Shown one piece after another: positions 45,715-55,276 of a stretch of 64,000 nt of DNA. Below the pieces are notes generated by a model that ran no database searches, had not been told where the DNA came from, and saw nothing but the letters and a program-made list of their open reading frames with translations. Location: the NCBI GenBank assembly GCA_002328865.1, contig DCWO01000139.1, positions 27,633-91,632 of the forward strand. The letters run 5' to 3'. A program made the translations under genes and the position numbers. Positions within the stretch are counted from its first letter, which is position 1. The number at the start of each line of letters is the position of its first letter. This DNA comes from Dehalococcoidia bacterium UBA2160. GTDB lineage: Bacteria; Chloroflexota; Dehalococcoidia; Lucifugimonadales; UBA1123.

Positions 45715-47462
45715 CGATTCAGTTCCCAGTCCAGTTCGTGGATCAGTCGCTCGGCATCGTCCAGGACGTTTCCGGCTGGATCCACGGTGATGCCGGGTGC
45801 GTAGCGACCAGCTTCGCTTTGCTCGAGCAGCGCATCCAGGTCGGATATCAGAGGGACGCTGACGTCCGCCTGTGTCAGTGACGCGGCTACAGCCTGTCGC
45901 GTCAGACCCGCCGGCGACCGGCCGAACACTGCTCCCAGATACTCGGTGAGGATCCTTCCGGATGCCTGATGCGGGTCCTCGCCGCGTTCGCGGGACATAA
46001 GCACTTCGTTCAACGCGGATTCGCTCGCGGATGCCACGTCGCCGTCAGCGGTCTGCCGAATGTGCAGTCGTCGCCGATGTCGCCAGGCCAGTGCGGCGAT
46101 CATGCCCAATGCCGGCGCCGCCCACCCAGCCCAGTAAAGGTGCCGCGATGTCAGCGGCGGTTCCGGGGTGGCCAGTCGGTCTGGCGCAACCTTGACGTGC
46201 CGGATGTCGGCTGCGGTCCGAAACACCTGACTCTGAACGGATTGGGACGCCGCTCCGGCGTCCAGCGAAGCAGGGTCAGGAGACACGAAAATCGGAATCG
46301 ATTGCGTTGAGACCGTCCGGTACATTTTGGCTCGTGGGTCGAAGAAGGCGTAGTCGATCGCGGAGATGGATAGACTGCCCGCGACCTTGGGCACCAGGAT
46401 GCGTTCGTACGTTCGAACCCCTTTCAGCTGTCCCGACTCCACGTAGGTGGCGCTGTCGGAGCTGTTCTCAAATGCACGCCAGTCGTCCATCTCCGGCCAA
46501 ACAGGGTCCGGCAGCAGGTCCAGGTTGCCCGTTCCGGAGACCTGAACGGTCAGGGTGACGGGTTCGCCGACGTTGACGGCGCTCACGTCAACAGAAGCCT
46601 CTATCGCGAAATCGCCGACTCCGCCGGCGAACGACGGAGGGGCATCCGTGGGCAGCGGTTGAACCTCCACGGTAACCGACCCTGAATTGTATTGGGGGCG
46701 GCCTCCGCTGAAGAACGTATTCGCGGCGTTCATCTCAGCCGGCTGGATCGTGATGGAGCCCAGAACTGTCGGAAACAGGATCGTTCTGAATTCAGTAACT
46801 CTGTACCTCAGGCCTTCCCTGGATTCAGAATACTCTCGGCGGCGGGCGGCTTGCGCATTCCAGAACCCCCAGAACACAGGGGGGGAATACGTCCGGCGGC
46901 CGAGAGCGAAGGATGCGGTGGATGCGTAAGACTTCACTATGTATGCGACTTGTTCGCCCAGGTACGGGTTGTCGTTGTCGACTTCAGCTTCGATGAAGAA
47001 CTCCTGGCCGGCCAGGCTCGACGGTTGCTGGGGGCTGGTTCCGGGGCCGCGCAACCCCGTGCCTTGCGTAACTGTGACCTCGATGGGGTCGGTCTCGTAT
47101 GGCGTGCCTCCGAGCAGCACCTGGACCGGTGGTATCGTGACCGTGCCGGGACGCAATGGACGGAGCCGAAAGCTGAAGCTGAATTCAGCGGAGAGCTGGC
47201 CGTTTCTGAGTGTCTGGGTCGAGGCCGTGGTCCGCCCAAGAAGTTGCACGCCGTCGATGATCGGCAACGTGGGCACCGGTATGTTGGTCTCGCCCGCAAC
47301 CGAGATGGTGAGTGTGACGACGTCGTCCGTGGTCACGGCGTCATCGTCCACGCTGGCGGCAACGATCGGCGTCTGCGCCGAAGCTTCCCGGGCAAACGGG
47401 GACACGACGAGAAACACGACGATCATGACCACGATGGCCCTTACCAACGAATTGACGCCCAC
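45711..47462 (-). CDS. BatD-like oxygen-tolerance family membrane protein
   Basis: 583 aa. Signal peptide, then repeated Ig-like beta segments (VTLTISVAGETN...PGTVTIPPVQV; VTLTVQVSGTGNL), a late TM helix (WAGWAAPALGMIAALAW) and a cytoplasmic tail. This is the BatD architecture and operon position. Confidence 0.75.
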   Translation of the reverse strand: MGVNSLVRAIVVMIVVFLVVSPFAREASAQTPIVAASVDDDAVTTDDVVTLTISVAGETNIPVPTLPIIDGVQLLGRTTASTQTLRNGQLSAEFSFSFRLRPLRPGTVTIPPVQVLLGGTPYETDPIEVTVTQGTGLRGPGTSPQQPSSLAGQEFFIEAEVDNDNPYLGEQVAYIVKSYASTASFALGRRTYSPPVFWGFWNAQAARRREYSESREGLRYRVTEFRTILFPTVLGSITIQPAEMNAANTFFSGGRPQYNSGSVTVEVQPLPTDAPPSFAGGVGDFAIEASVDVSAVNVGEPVTLTVQVSGTGNLDLLPDPVWPEMDDWRAFENSSDSATYVESGQLKGVRTYERILVPKVAGSLSISAIDYAFFDPRAKMYRTVSTQSIPIFVSPDPASLDAGAASQSVQSQVFRTAADIRHVKVAPDRLATPEPPLTSRHLYWAGWAAPALGMIAALAWRHRRRLHIRQTADGDVASASESALNEVLMSRERGEDPHQASGRILTEYLGAVFGRSPAGLTRQAVAASLTQADVSVPLISDLDALLEQSEAGRYAPGITVDPAGNVLDDAERLIHELDWELNR

Positions 47463-47463
47463 A

Positions 47464-48258
47464 CTACCAGTCCTTCTCCGGCGGTTCGCCCTGGGTCATT
47501 GAGATCTGCTGCAAGTTGCTCTGCAACATTTCCGTGCCTTCTCCGAGTGCTTCCAGTAAGATGCGGGCTTGCTCCTCCGTGAGCTCTGTAACGACCTGCT
47601 CGGGTCGGGAGATCGCGGTGTTGATGTCCTCGGATTGGTCAGATTCGGATTGGTCGCCCGGGGCTGGTGGGGACTCTACCGGAGACCCGCTCCCCGCTTG
47701 CGGGTCGTCGGCATCGTCTTCTTCCTCTTCGTCCGGTCCCTGGGCGTCCTCATTCTCCTGGTCTCCGGGCTGTTCCGGTTCCTGTTCCTGGGCTTGCAGT
47801 CGAGACAAAGCCAACTCCAGATTGTATTTGGCATCCACGTCATCCGGGTCCAGTCGCAGGGCTTTTTTGAATGATTCGATGGCCTCTGTGTAGCGTTCCG
47901 TCATGAAGAACGTGTTTCCGAGATTGTACTCGGTTTCCTGATTAAAGGTCTGGTCTGGCTGTTGTAACGTTATCTCGTACTCATCTTGGGCGTCCTCCAA
48001 TTCACCTTTGCGATACAGGGCGTTCCCGGCGTTGAGCAACGGTTCTTGACTGCTGGGCATTTCCTGCTGAGCGCGCATGTACTCGTCCAGCGCGGCGTCG
48101 TAGTTCGATTTGGCGAATTGTTCGTTCCCGAGGTTGTTCAGGAGTGGCCCCGCCCGTTCAGGGAGTGGTCCGGGTCCTCCGGCCAATGGCGCTTCGGGAC
48201 CGCAGGCGACAACTCCCGCTAGTGCGACGACCACCAATACGACCTTGTAGCAGATCAC
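47464..48258 (-). CDS. BatC-like TPR lipoprotein with acidic C-terminal tail
   Basis: 264 aa. Lipobox (LAGVVAC), three TPR units, then an Asp/Glu-rich tail (QEQEPEQPGDQENEDAQGPDEEEEDDADDPQ). Confidence 0.75.
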   Translation of the reverse strand: MICYKVVLVVVALAGVVACGPEAPLAGGPGPLPERAGPLLNNLGNEQFAKSNYDAALDEYMRAQQEMPSSQEPLLNAGNALYRKGELEDAQDEYEITLQQPDQTFNQETEYNLGNTFFMTERYTEAIESFKKALRLDPDDVDAKYNLELALSRLQAQEQEPEQPGDQENEDAQGPDEEEEDDADDPQAGSGSPVESPPAPGDQSESDQSEDINTAISRPEQVVTELTEEQARILLEALGEGTEMLQSNLQQISMTQGEPPEKDW

Positions 48259-49295
48259 GAGATGCGCCTTTCTCCGCGTCGACTGAACAGTGCATATGAT
48301 CCGGTCCGGTCCGGAACCAACTCGAATGCGACGAGTGCGGTGAGCGCTATAAGGAGGAATATCTGAAACCGCTCGATCCGGGTGGTCTCGATCTCACTTT
48401 CGATAGTCCCTTTCTCTAGACTGGCGATCTCTCTGGCAATGGCGGCAGCGGCGCTGCGGTCGCCGACCGTGCGGAAGTAGAAGCCGTCACCGGCATCGGC
48501 GATCTGCCGCAAAATCTCCTCGTTGAGACTAGACAAGACGGTCTGGCCGTCGCGGTTGCTCTTGTAGCGTGTGGCGCCGTTAGATGTGCCAGGCTCCGGA
48601 ATGGGCCCGCCCTGGGGCGTGCCCATTCCGACGGTGTGTACTTTGATCCCGTCAGCCGCTGCCTCGGCGGCGGCGGCGATCGGATCCCCTTCTTGATCCT
48701 CGCCATCGGTGATCACGATGACCGCCTTCTGGCCGGGACGTTGGTCGTCGAAGCCGCGGACGGCCACACGAATCGCGTCGGATAAGACAGTGCCCTGGCG
48801 CGAAATCATGCCGGGGTCGGCATCCTGGACGAATCCCCTCGCCGTGGCGAAATCGAAGGTAAGAGGGAATTGCACGAATGCGGCGCCTGAGAACACGACC
48901 AGACCGAGTTCGTCCCCATCCAGTCGCTGCATGATCTCGGCTATCTCCAACTTGGCCCTCTCAAGGCGATTGGGTTTGATATCCTCGGCCAACATACTCA
49001 TCGATATGTCCAGGGCGATCATCACCTGGGAACCTTGTTGCTCCACTGTCGCAACCTGTGAGCCCCACACGGGCCGGGCCATCGCCACGACGATCAGAGC
49101 CAACGCCATCAGCCACAGCCCGACCTTGACGCGGCGACCCGTATAGTTGATCGTCGAGGACAAGCGGGCGACCAACCTCGGATTGCCGATCTTCGTCAGA
49201 TCGTCACGCCGCCGGCGAGCAGCCCACAGCACCGCGATGATGGAAACAGGCAAGATTGCCGCCAGGAATAAAAGCTCCGGTCGGACAAAGCTCAT
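48255..49295 (-). CDS. von Willebrand factor A domain membrane protein (BatB-like)
   Basis: 346 aa. Two N-terminal TM helices, MIDAS VMIALDISMSM, AVIVITDGEDQEG, C-terminal TM helix. Confidence 0.85.
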   Translation of the reverse strand: MSFVRPELLFLAAILPVSIIAVLWAARRRRDDLTKIGNPRLVARLSSTINYTGRRVKVGLWLMALALIVVAMARPVWGSQVATVEQQGSQVMIALDISMSMLAEDIKPNRLERAKLEIAEIMQRLDGDELGLVVFSGAAFVQFPLTFDFATARGFVQDADPGMISRQGTVLSDAIRVAVRGFDDQRPGQKAVIVITDGEDQEGDPIAAAAEAAADGIKVHTVGMGTPQGGPIPEPGTSNGATRYKSNRDGQTVLSSLNEEILRQIADAGDGFYFRTVGDRSAAAAIAREIASLEKGTIESEIETTRIERFQIFLLIALTALVAFELVPDRTGSYALFSRRGERRIS

Positions 49296-49350
49296 CGCAA
49301 ATCTCTGCTCAGATCGGTGGTCTCCGATCCGTCACAAACGGATGATTGAC

Positions 49351-50355
49351 TCATGGAATGCTCCTGAAACGTGTGCTTCGAGCGAGCAGCTCCAATAGGA
49401 GCAGAATCGACGCGGGCAACAAGAACCATACGGCGAGTTCGCGGTATTTCGTGAATCGGCGTATGTCGATCTCTGACTTTTCCAGCTCGTTTATTTCGTC
49501 GTAGATCGAATGCAGACCCTCGGTATCGGACGCCGTATAGTACTTGCCTCCGGTGACATCTGCGATATGCCGCAAGGTCTCTTCATCCAACTCATAGCGT
49601 CCGACAACCATGCGGTTTCCGAGGAAGCCTCTCCATTGCGTCCCGCTCAACTCAGGTCGACCCATGCCAATTGTGTAGACCCTGACGCCAATGGCCTTGG
49701 CGGCTGAGGCTGCCGTCAACGGATCGACGACGCCTTTGTTGTTGACACCGTCGGTAAGAAGAATGACGACCCTTGACTCCGCCTCGGAGTCCTTGAGCAT
49801 GTTGGCCGCGGCGCCCAAGCCCATGCCAATGGCGGTGCCGTCTTCAAGACCCATCTCGGCGCCGAGTTCCACGTCCTCAAGCAGATACTCCAGCACCCGG
49901 TGGTCGATGGTTGGAGGGCTGCTGACGAACGCATTAGCGGCGAAAACCACCAGGCCGACGCGGTCGTATTTACGCTCTTCGATGAAATCGGTGATAACCT
50001 CTTTCGCAGCCTCGAGCCGATCCAGGGGGACGAAGTCCTCGGCCGTCATGCTTCCCGAAATGTCCAGCGCCAAGACGATGTCCACGCCCTCGCCCGTCAC
50101 GATCTCTTTTGCCTGACCGGTTTGAGGTCTCGCCACGGCGACGATCACCAGTGCGATAGCCAGCCAACGCAACACTGGCAGAAACGGCCTCAAGCCTACC
50201 TTCCAGGGCTGCTCGCCAGCCCGAGCCAGGGAGTTGTCGGAAAATCTTAGCCCAGCCGGTCGAGACAACCCTCGGTCGATTCTGGGCAAAACGGCGAAGG
50301 CGATCACTATCGGCAACAGAGCAAGCGCCCACGGTGTGGCAAAGTGCAAGTTCAT
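49351..50355 (-). CDS. von Willebrand factor A domain membrane protein (BatA-like)
   Basis: 334 aa. FATPWALALLPIV N-terminus typical of BatA, MIDAS DIVLALDISGSM, VVILLTDGVNN, C-terminal TM helix. Confidence 0.88.
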   Translation of the reverse strand: MNLHFATPWALALLPIVIAFAVLPRIDRGLSRPAGLRFSDNSLARAGEQPWKVGLRPFLPVLRWLAIALVIVAVARPQTGQAKEIVTGEGVDIVLALDISGSMTAEDFVPLDRLEAAKEVITDFIEERKYDRVGLVVFAANAFVSSPPTIDHRVLEYLLEDVELGAEMGLEDGTAIGMGLGAAANMLKDSEAESRVVILLTDGVNNKGVVDPLTAASAAKAIGVRVYTIGMGRPELSGTQWRGFLGNRMVVGRYELDEETLRHIADVTGGKYYTASDTEGLHSIYDEINELEKSEIDIRRFTKYRELAVWFLLPASILLLLELLARSTRFRSIP

Positions 50356-51383
50356 GCGGAGGCCGCCTTTGCGGGTTCCAAGCCCGTCGGCTCAACGATT
50401 GGCGCCGGACGGAGGGCTTCGATGGCCGCGCGGGTCGCGTCAACGGCTTCCTCAGACGTGGCCGTCATCGGAGTCAACTCTGTAAATTTGACGATGTCGC
50501 AAGTCCGGAGTATCGAGAGTGCGCCTTGCCAGGGGCCCGATGGGACGTCCGATGAACTGACGGCCCGCGCTGTTTCAGTCGTTGTCAGGTCCGGCGCCGG
50601 CACGTCGTATTCGCCCAGCAGATACATCCGGACCGTGTCTGAGATGAGCGTGAAGTGTACCTTGAAACGCCCGTGAGTCAGGAGGTCGAGCGCCTCGATT
50701 TGGTCCAGTTGGTCCATGGCAATCTCGAACGGGGTTCGGGTGTCCACCGGACCTGATTGCAACACGGGATCCGGACCCAACCGACGCCACAGGAGGACAG
50801 CACCGAGAATCAGCAGAGCGACGGCCACGGCGCCGCCGACACCCCACGGCCAAAGGGAAGGGACCGCGATACTGGACTGAGGTTTGATGTCTCGCAACTC
50901 TTCATCGCCGGCTTGCAATACTGAATTGACGCGCACCGTAAACGGTTGAACCGTCCGCGACACTATCTGTCCGTCGGGTTGTCGAAAGCTGACGGACACC
51001 TCAGGGGTAAGGTAGTCGCCGGTCTGAAACAGGGCCATCTCGTACATCTGCGCGGTGGTCAATGTGCCGTCAAGATTGGCAACGGCAGGCAACGGGGTTT
51101 GGCTCCGGATTTCAAAAGCTTCCCATTCGTCGGGCAGGCTGGGGAACACCACGTGGTACCCGTCCGGGTGGTCTGCCGAGATCGTGAGGACGAACGGATC
51201 GCCGACCGTTAGATCGACGCTGTCGATCGTCCAGGCGACCTCCAGATTCGTCGACTGAGCGAACGCGGCGCCGGTCGACAGCACGAGCGCCGCCGCCACC
51301 GCCATAGCAGCGATGCCTGACGGCAATTCTCTTCCGCGAGCCAAGGTCGGCGTCATGGCCAGAATAGCCGAAATGTACTTCAA
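50352..51383 (-). CDS. Bat-operon membrane protein (BatD-like N-domain plus DUF4381-like C-region)
   Basis: 343 aa (TTG start; internal ATGs at 51356 and 51305 are possible). Signal peptide MAVAAALVLSTGAAFAQS, a beta-rich ectodomain, a TM helix (WGVGGAVAVALLILGAVLLW), and a helical C-terminus. It occupies the position of the small membrane gene between DUF58 and batA. Overlaps both neighbours by 4 nt. Confidence 0.7.
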   Translation of the reverse strand: MKYISAILAMTPTLARGRELPSGIAAMAVAAALVLSTGAAFAQSTNLEVAWTIDSVDLTVGDPFVLTISADHPDGYHVVFPSLPDEWEAFEIRSQTPLPAVANLDGTLTTAQMYEMALFQTGDYLTPEVSVSFRQPDGQIVSRTVQPFTVRVNSVLQAGDEELRDIKPQSSIAVPSLWPWGVGGAVAVALLILGAVLLWRRLGPDPVLQSGPVDTRTPFEIAMDQLDQIEALDLLTHGRFKVHFTLISDTVRMYLLGEYDVPAPDLTTTETARAVSSSDVPSGPWQGALSILRTCDIVKFTELTPMTATSEEAVDATRAAIEALRPAPIVEPTGLEPAKAASA

Positions 51384-52267
51384 CGAGCCATCCGTCGTGT
51401 TCTCAACGAGAAAAACCGAGTCAAACCCGGTACGTAGTCTTTCTCGGTGTTCACCTCGATTCGGTCAATGCCCTGGCTGGCGAGCATGCGACGTTTTTCT
51501 GTTTCGAGGTTGTCCATCCGGGTTTCGTATTCTTCTCTCCACGACTTGCTGCCGGTGTCGACCCAATCCAGTTCCCCTGTCTCAGCATCTTCGAGCGCGA
51601 TCAGGCCGATGTCTGGGATATGCCTTTCGATCGGGTCGTGGAGGTCCACGGCAACGAGGTCATGCCGCTGATTGGTGGCTGCCAACGGACGTCTGAAGCT
51701 TTCCGGGTCGGCCAGAAAGTCGGAAATCAGGAAAACGATGCCCCTACGTTTGAGCAGCAGGTTGATCGTGTCCAGCGCCTCATTGATGGCGGTGCCTGTC
51801 CCTTTGGGCTCGAATACCAGCAGGTCCCGGACCATCCTCAGTGCGTGGCGCCGCCCTTTTCTGGGCGGAACAAGAAACTCCACCTGGTCGGTGAAAATCA
51901 GCAAACCAACTCGGTCGTTGTTGATCGTGGCCGCGAACGAGAGGACCGCGGCCAGTTCGGCGGCCAACTCGCGCTTGAACTGGCCGATCGTTCCGAACTC
52001 CGACGAGCCGCTGGCGTCGACGGCCAGCATGACGGTCAACTCTCGTTCCTCTTGGAACTGTCGCACGTGGAGCTCCGCCGTTCGCGCCGTGACGTTCCAG
52101 TCGATCCGCCGAATATCGTCTCCCGGAACGTAGGGCCGAATTTCATCGAACTCCATGCCTTGGCCTCGGAACACAGAGTGGTATTCGCCGGCGAAGCTGT
52201 GATTCGCCAGCCGCCGGGCGGTTATCTCTATGCGTTTGATCTTGTCGATCAGCTCGGTTGACAGCAT
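51380..52267 (-). CDS. DUF58-family protein (MoxR-associated, VWA-like)
   Basis: 295 aa. GEYHSVFRGQGMEFDEIRPYVPGDDIRRIDWNVTAR is the DUF58 hallmark. Followed by MLAVDASGS. Confidence 0.9.
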   Translation of the reverse strand: MLSTELIDKIKRIEITARRLANHSFAGEYHSVFRGQGMEFDEIRPYVPGDDIRRIDWNVTARTAELHVRQFQEERELTVMLAVDASGSSEFGTIGQFKRELAAELAAVLSFAATINNDRVGLLIFTDQVEFLVPPRKGRRHALRMVRDLLVFEPKGTGTAINEALDTINLLLKRRGIVFLISDFLADPESFRRPLAATNQRHDLVAVDLHDPIERHIPDIGLIALEDAETGELDWVDTGSKSWREEYETRMDNLETEKRRMLASQGIDRIEVNTEKDYVPGLTRFFSLRTRRMAR

Positions 52268-52436
52268 TGTTGTTTAACGGCCTGGGCGGCTGGCAGACTA
52301 TCTCGATGCCCCGCCCGGAATGGGATCATCGGAGAGCAATTGATTCCGCGAATTATGCGATCAAGGCGGTCGGTATTGCTTGATCGAAGCGTCCGGATTG
52401 AGATGGATCGCGCGCGCAATATGTGTGCATCCGCGG

Positions 52437-53429
52437 TCAGGGGACTTCGACATGATCGAGGATCTGCTGCACGATGTCCGTCGTGGTCATCGACTCAGCT
52501 TCGGCCTCGTAAGTGGGTATGACGCGGTGACGCAACACGTCCGGGGCTAGTTGTTTGACGTCCTCGGGGGTGACATAACCCCTGCCCCTCAGGAAAGCGT
52601 GGGCCCTCGCGGCCGTGACCAGATAGATGCTTGCCCTCGGCGACGCCCCATACGCGATCATTGGGCGTAGGTGGGACAGCCCGTTCGAATCCGGCGCCCT
52701 CGTCGCGAGAACGAGGTCTAGGACGTACTCTTTGACCTTGTCGTCGACGTGGATCGTCCGCACGATTTCGCGAGCCCGTAGGATGTCCTCCGGAGTGACG
52801 ACCGGATTGATCTCCGGCATCTCCCCGCCTGTAACGAGGTCGACGATCTGTCGCTCCTCGGCGCGTGCCGGGTAATCGACGAGAACCTTCAGCATGAACC
52901 GGTCGACCTGTGCCTCAGGCAATGGGTAGGTGCCTTCTTGTTCAATCGGGTTTTGAGTTGCCATCACAAAAAACAGCTTTTCGAGCGGGTACGTGGCGTC
53001 TCCGAGCGTGACCTGGCGCTCTTGCATCGACTCCAGTAGAGCGCTCTGAACCTTGGCCGGGGCGCGGTTCACCTCGTCGGCCAGGACCATGTTGGCGAAA
53101 ATGGGTCCCTGATGAACGGTGAATTCGGTCGTCCTGGGGTCGTACACCTGGGTGCCTATCAAGTCTGCGGGCAGCAAATCGGGCGTGAACTGGATTCTGG
53201 AGAATCGAGAGTGCAGACTCTCGGCCAGCGTCTTGACGAGCAACGTCTTGGCTAGTCCGGGAACGCCTTCCAACAGCACGTGGCCGTCGGCCAGCAGGCC
53301 GATCAAGACGCGCTCGACCAGGCCGTCCTGCCCAACCATGACTTTTCGGATCTCTCCGAGGAGACCCTGAAGAAACTGGGCTTCGCGTTCCACTCGCTGG
53401 TTGAGTTCGATCAGTCCTGAGAATTCCAT
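52437..53429 (-). CDS. moxR: MoxR-family AAA+ ATPase
   Basis: 330 aa. HVLLEGVPGLAKT (Walker A), LADEVNRAPAKVQSALLESMQE (Walker B / sensor), ASPRASIYL. Confidence 0.93.
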   Translation of the reverse strand: MEFSGLIELNQRVEREAQFLQGLLGEIRKVMVGQDGLVERVLIGLLADGHVLLEGVPGLAKTLLVKTLAESLHSRFSRIQFTPDLLPADLIGTQVYDPRTTEFTVHQGPIFANMVLADEVNRAPAKVQSALLESMQERQVTLGDATYPLEKLFFVMATQNPIEQEGTYPLPEAQVDRFMLKVLVDYPARAEERQIVDLVTGGEMPEINPVVTPEDILRAREIVRTIHVDDKVKEYVLDLVLATRAPDSNGLSHLRPMIAYGASPRASIYLVTAARAHAFLRGRGYVTPEDVKQLAPDVLRHRVIPTYEAEAESMTTTDIVQQILDHVEVP

Positions 53430-53914
53430 GAGTGCGTCTCCGGGATCTTCCGTGACGATGCGTAGTCGTTGTCGCGTAAATCGTTAGGCTGCCGCCAACC
53501 GAGTTGCTTTCAGCCGACGCGGGTCCATCGCCTGGTCGCGCCTCCCGGCTGCCGCGCCTTGAGCGGCCAGCCTAGCGTGCATGAATATCAGTGTGCCAGG
53601 GCAAGATCACGAAACCGTTGCGTTCAAATTACGGATCCGCAACCCGATCAACGCCTGCGTCGGGACGCGCAGGCATCTCCAACTATTATAGTCCCCCTGG
53701 GCATGTAACGGCGCGGAGAGAAGATAGGTTGGCTGGTTGCCCAGCCGAGAGGAGCTTGGATCGTTGGATGAACGGGTCGAATGTGGCCGCGAAGGGCCGA
53801 AACACGAGGGATGTGCCGATCGCAAGAGGTTGCATCCATTCGTCGCTCTGGTGGAAAGCCCCAATCACGAACCGGTTGCGAAAATCGACATCCGATCACC
53901 GGATGGCTCGTTCG

Positions 53915-55258
53915 TCACTTGCCTTCGTACAGTTCCTCGACGAGGCGAGTGTTCTGGAACGCCAGATAGCTGTCCTTGGTCATGGTGGGCTGGCTTTCGC
54001 CCAGGACGCTCTTCGCCGCTTGGGCGTCGTCGAACAGAAGGTCGATCACCGACATCGCCATCGCTTTGGCGGGGTTGACGACGGCCTGGACGTAGTCTTC
54101 GACCACGTAGTCGGTTCCGTGGCCTGTGCCGGTGGCCGCCGTGGTGTAGGGGTGGATGACGGGCATGATCTGGCTCAGGTCGCCCATGTCGGTCGAACCG
54201 CCGCGGTTGAGGTCGGCGGGATGCGTCACGAGTTCAGACTCGCCGACGATCTCGCCCGCGTTGGCCTTGAAAAGCTCCGTCATCGCCGGGTCGTTCTTCA
54301 TTGGGAGATAACCGGGGAGCGTTACGATCTCGACCTGTCCGCCCATCGTCAACGCGCCGGCGCGAAGGCAGCGGTCCATCTTGTCACTGGCGTCCGCAAT
54401 CGCTTCGGCGGTCCGTCCCCGCACCCGGCCCTCGTACCGCACGTCGGCTGGTATCGAATTAACCGCGACGCCGCCTCGCGTCATGATGCCGTGGAATCTT
54501 ACGTTCTGTTCGTTCAGCACCGTCTCCCGCTGCGTGTTGAGCGCATTGAGCGCCACCGTCGCCGCCTGGAGCGCATTTACGCCCAGGTGCGGTGAACCGC
54601 CGGCATGCGCGGCTTTGCCGATGAAGCGGACGTACTTTACGACGTGGCCGTTGCTCGTGCCGCCTAGGGCGAATTTCGCGGTTTCCTGATTGGACGAAGA
54701 GGTGTGGACCATCATCGCCATGTCGACGTCGTCGAACGCGCCGAGGCGGATGAACTCCTGCTTGCCCGCCATCAATCCCAGGGCGCCTTGCTGGTGGAGG
54801 CCCCATCGGAACTCCACGTCGATGAACTCCTCCGCCGGCACGGCGATCAGGGCGACGTTCCCTGCCAGCGATTCCATGACCTCCGGGGCAAGCAACCCCA
54901 CGGCGGCGCCCAGCATCATCGGCGTCTGACAGTGGTGGCCGCAGGCGTGGGCAGCGCCGGTCTCCGGGTCGGCGTGTGCGTGCTCCAGGACCCGCAACGA
55001 GTCCAGCTCTCCGATGACCGCGACCGTGGGACCGGGTCTCCCGCCCTCGATGACGCCCTTCAAACCTGTCAAGGCGATGCCGCTCTGGTGAGACACACCG
55101 AGTTCGCTGAGCTTCTCGCTCACGAATCTGGAAGTCTTGACCTCGAGGAAGCCGGGTTCCGGGTTCGCCAGGATAGTTTGGGCGGCCTCGATGAGCCATT
55201 CGGCGCGCTCGTCGATTGCGGCCTGGGCGATGGATTTTAGCTGTTCGATTGTTGGCAT
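53915..55258 (-). CDS. M20-family amidohydrolase (M20D/AbgB-like)
   Basis: 447 aa. AHACGHHCQ metal-binding motif, PAEE, GKAAHAGGSPHLGVNAL, GGSTDMGD. Confidence 0.88.
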   Translation of the reverse strand: MPTIEQLKSIAQAAIDERAEWLIEAAQTILANPEPGFLEVKTSRFVSEKLSELGVSHQSGIALTGLKGVIEGGRPGPTVAVIGELDSLRVLEHAHADPETGAAHACGHHCQTPMMLGAAVGLLAPEVMESLAGNVALIAVPAEEFIDVEFRWGLHQQGALGLMAGKQEFIRLGAFDDVDMAMMVHTSSSNQETAKFALGGTSNGHVVKYVRFIGKAAHAGGSPHLGVNALQAATVALNALNTQRETVLNEQNVRFHGIMTRGGVAVNSIPADVRYEGRVRGRTAEAIADASDKMDRCLRAGALTMGGQVEIVTLPGYLPMKNDPAMTELFKANAGEIVGESELVTHPADLNRGGSTDMGDLSQIMPVIHPYTTAATGTGHGTDYVVEDYVQAVVNPAKAMAMSVIDLLFDDAQAAKSVLGESQPTMTKDSYLAFQNTRLVEELYEGK

Positions 55259-55276
55259 GACCCCTCCGAGGGATAG

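Noticed and set aside
53780-53914. Possible cobalamin or TPP riboswitch (words such as ggttgcgaaaatc and gccgagagg)
   Set aside because: The conserved cores (B12 box GCCACTG; TPP CTGAGA...ACCTGAT) are absent on both strands. The downstream gene (moxR) is not a typical riboswitch target. It is kept only as an unexplained structured spacer.
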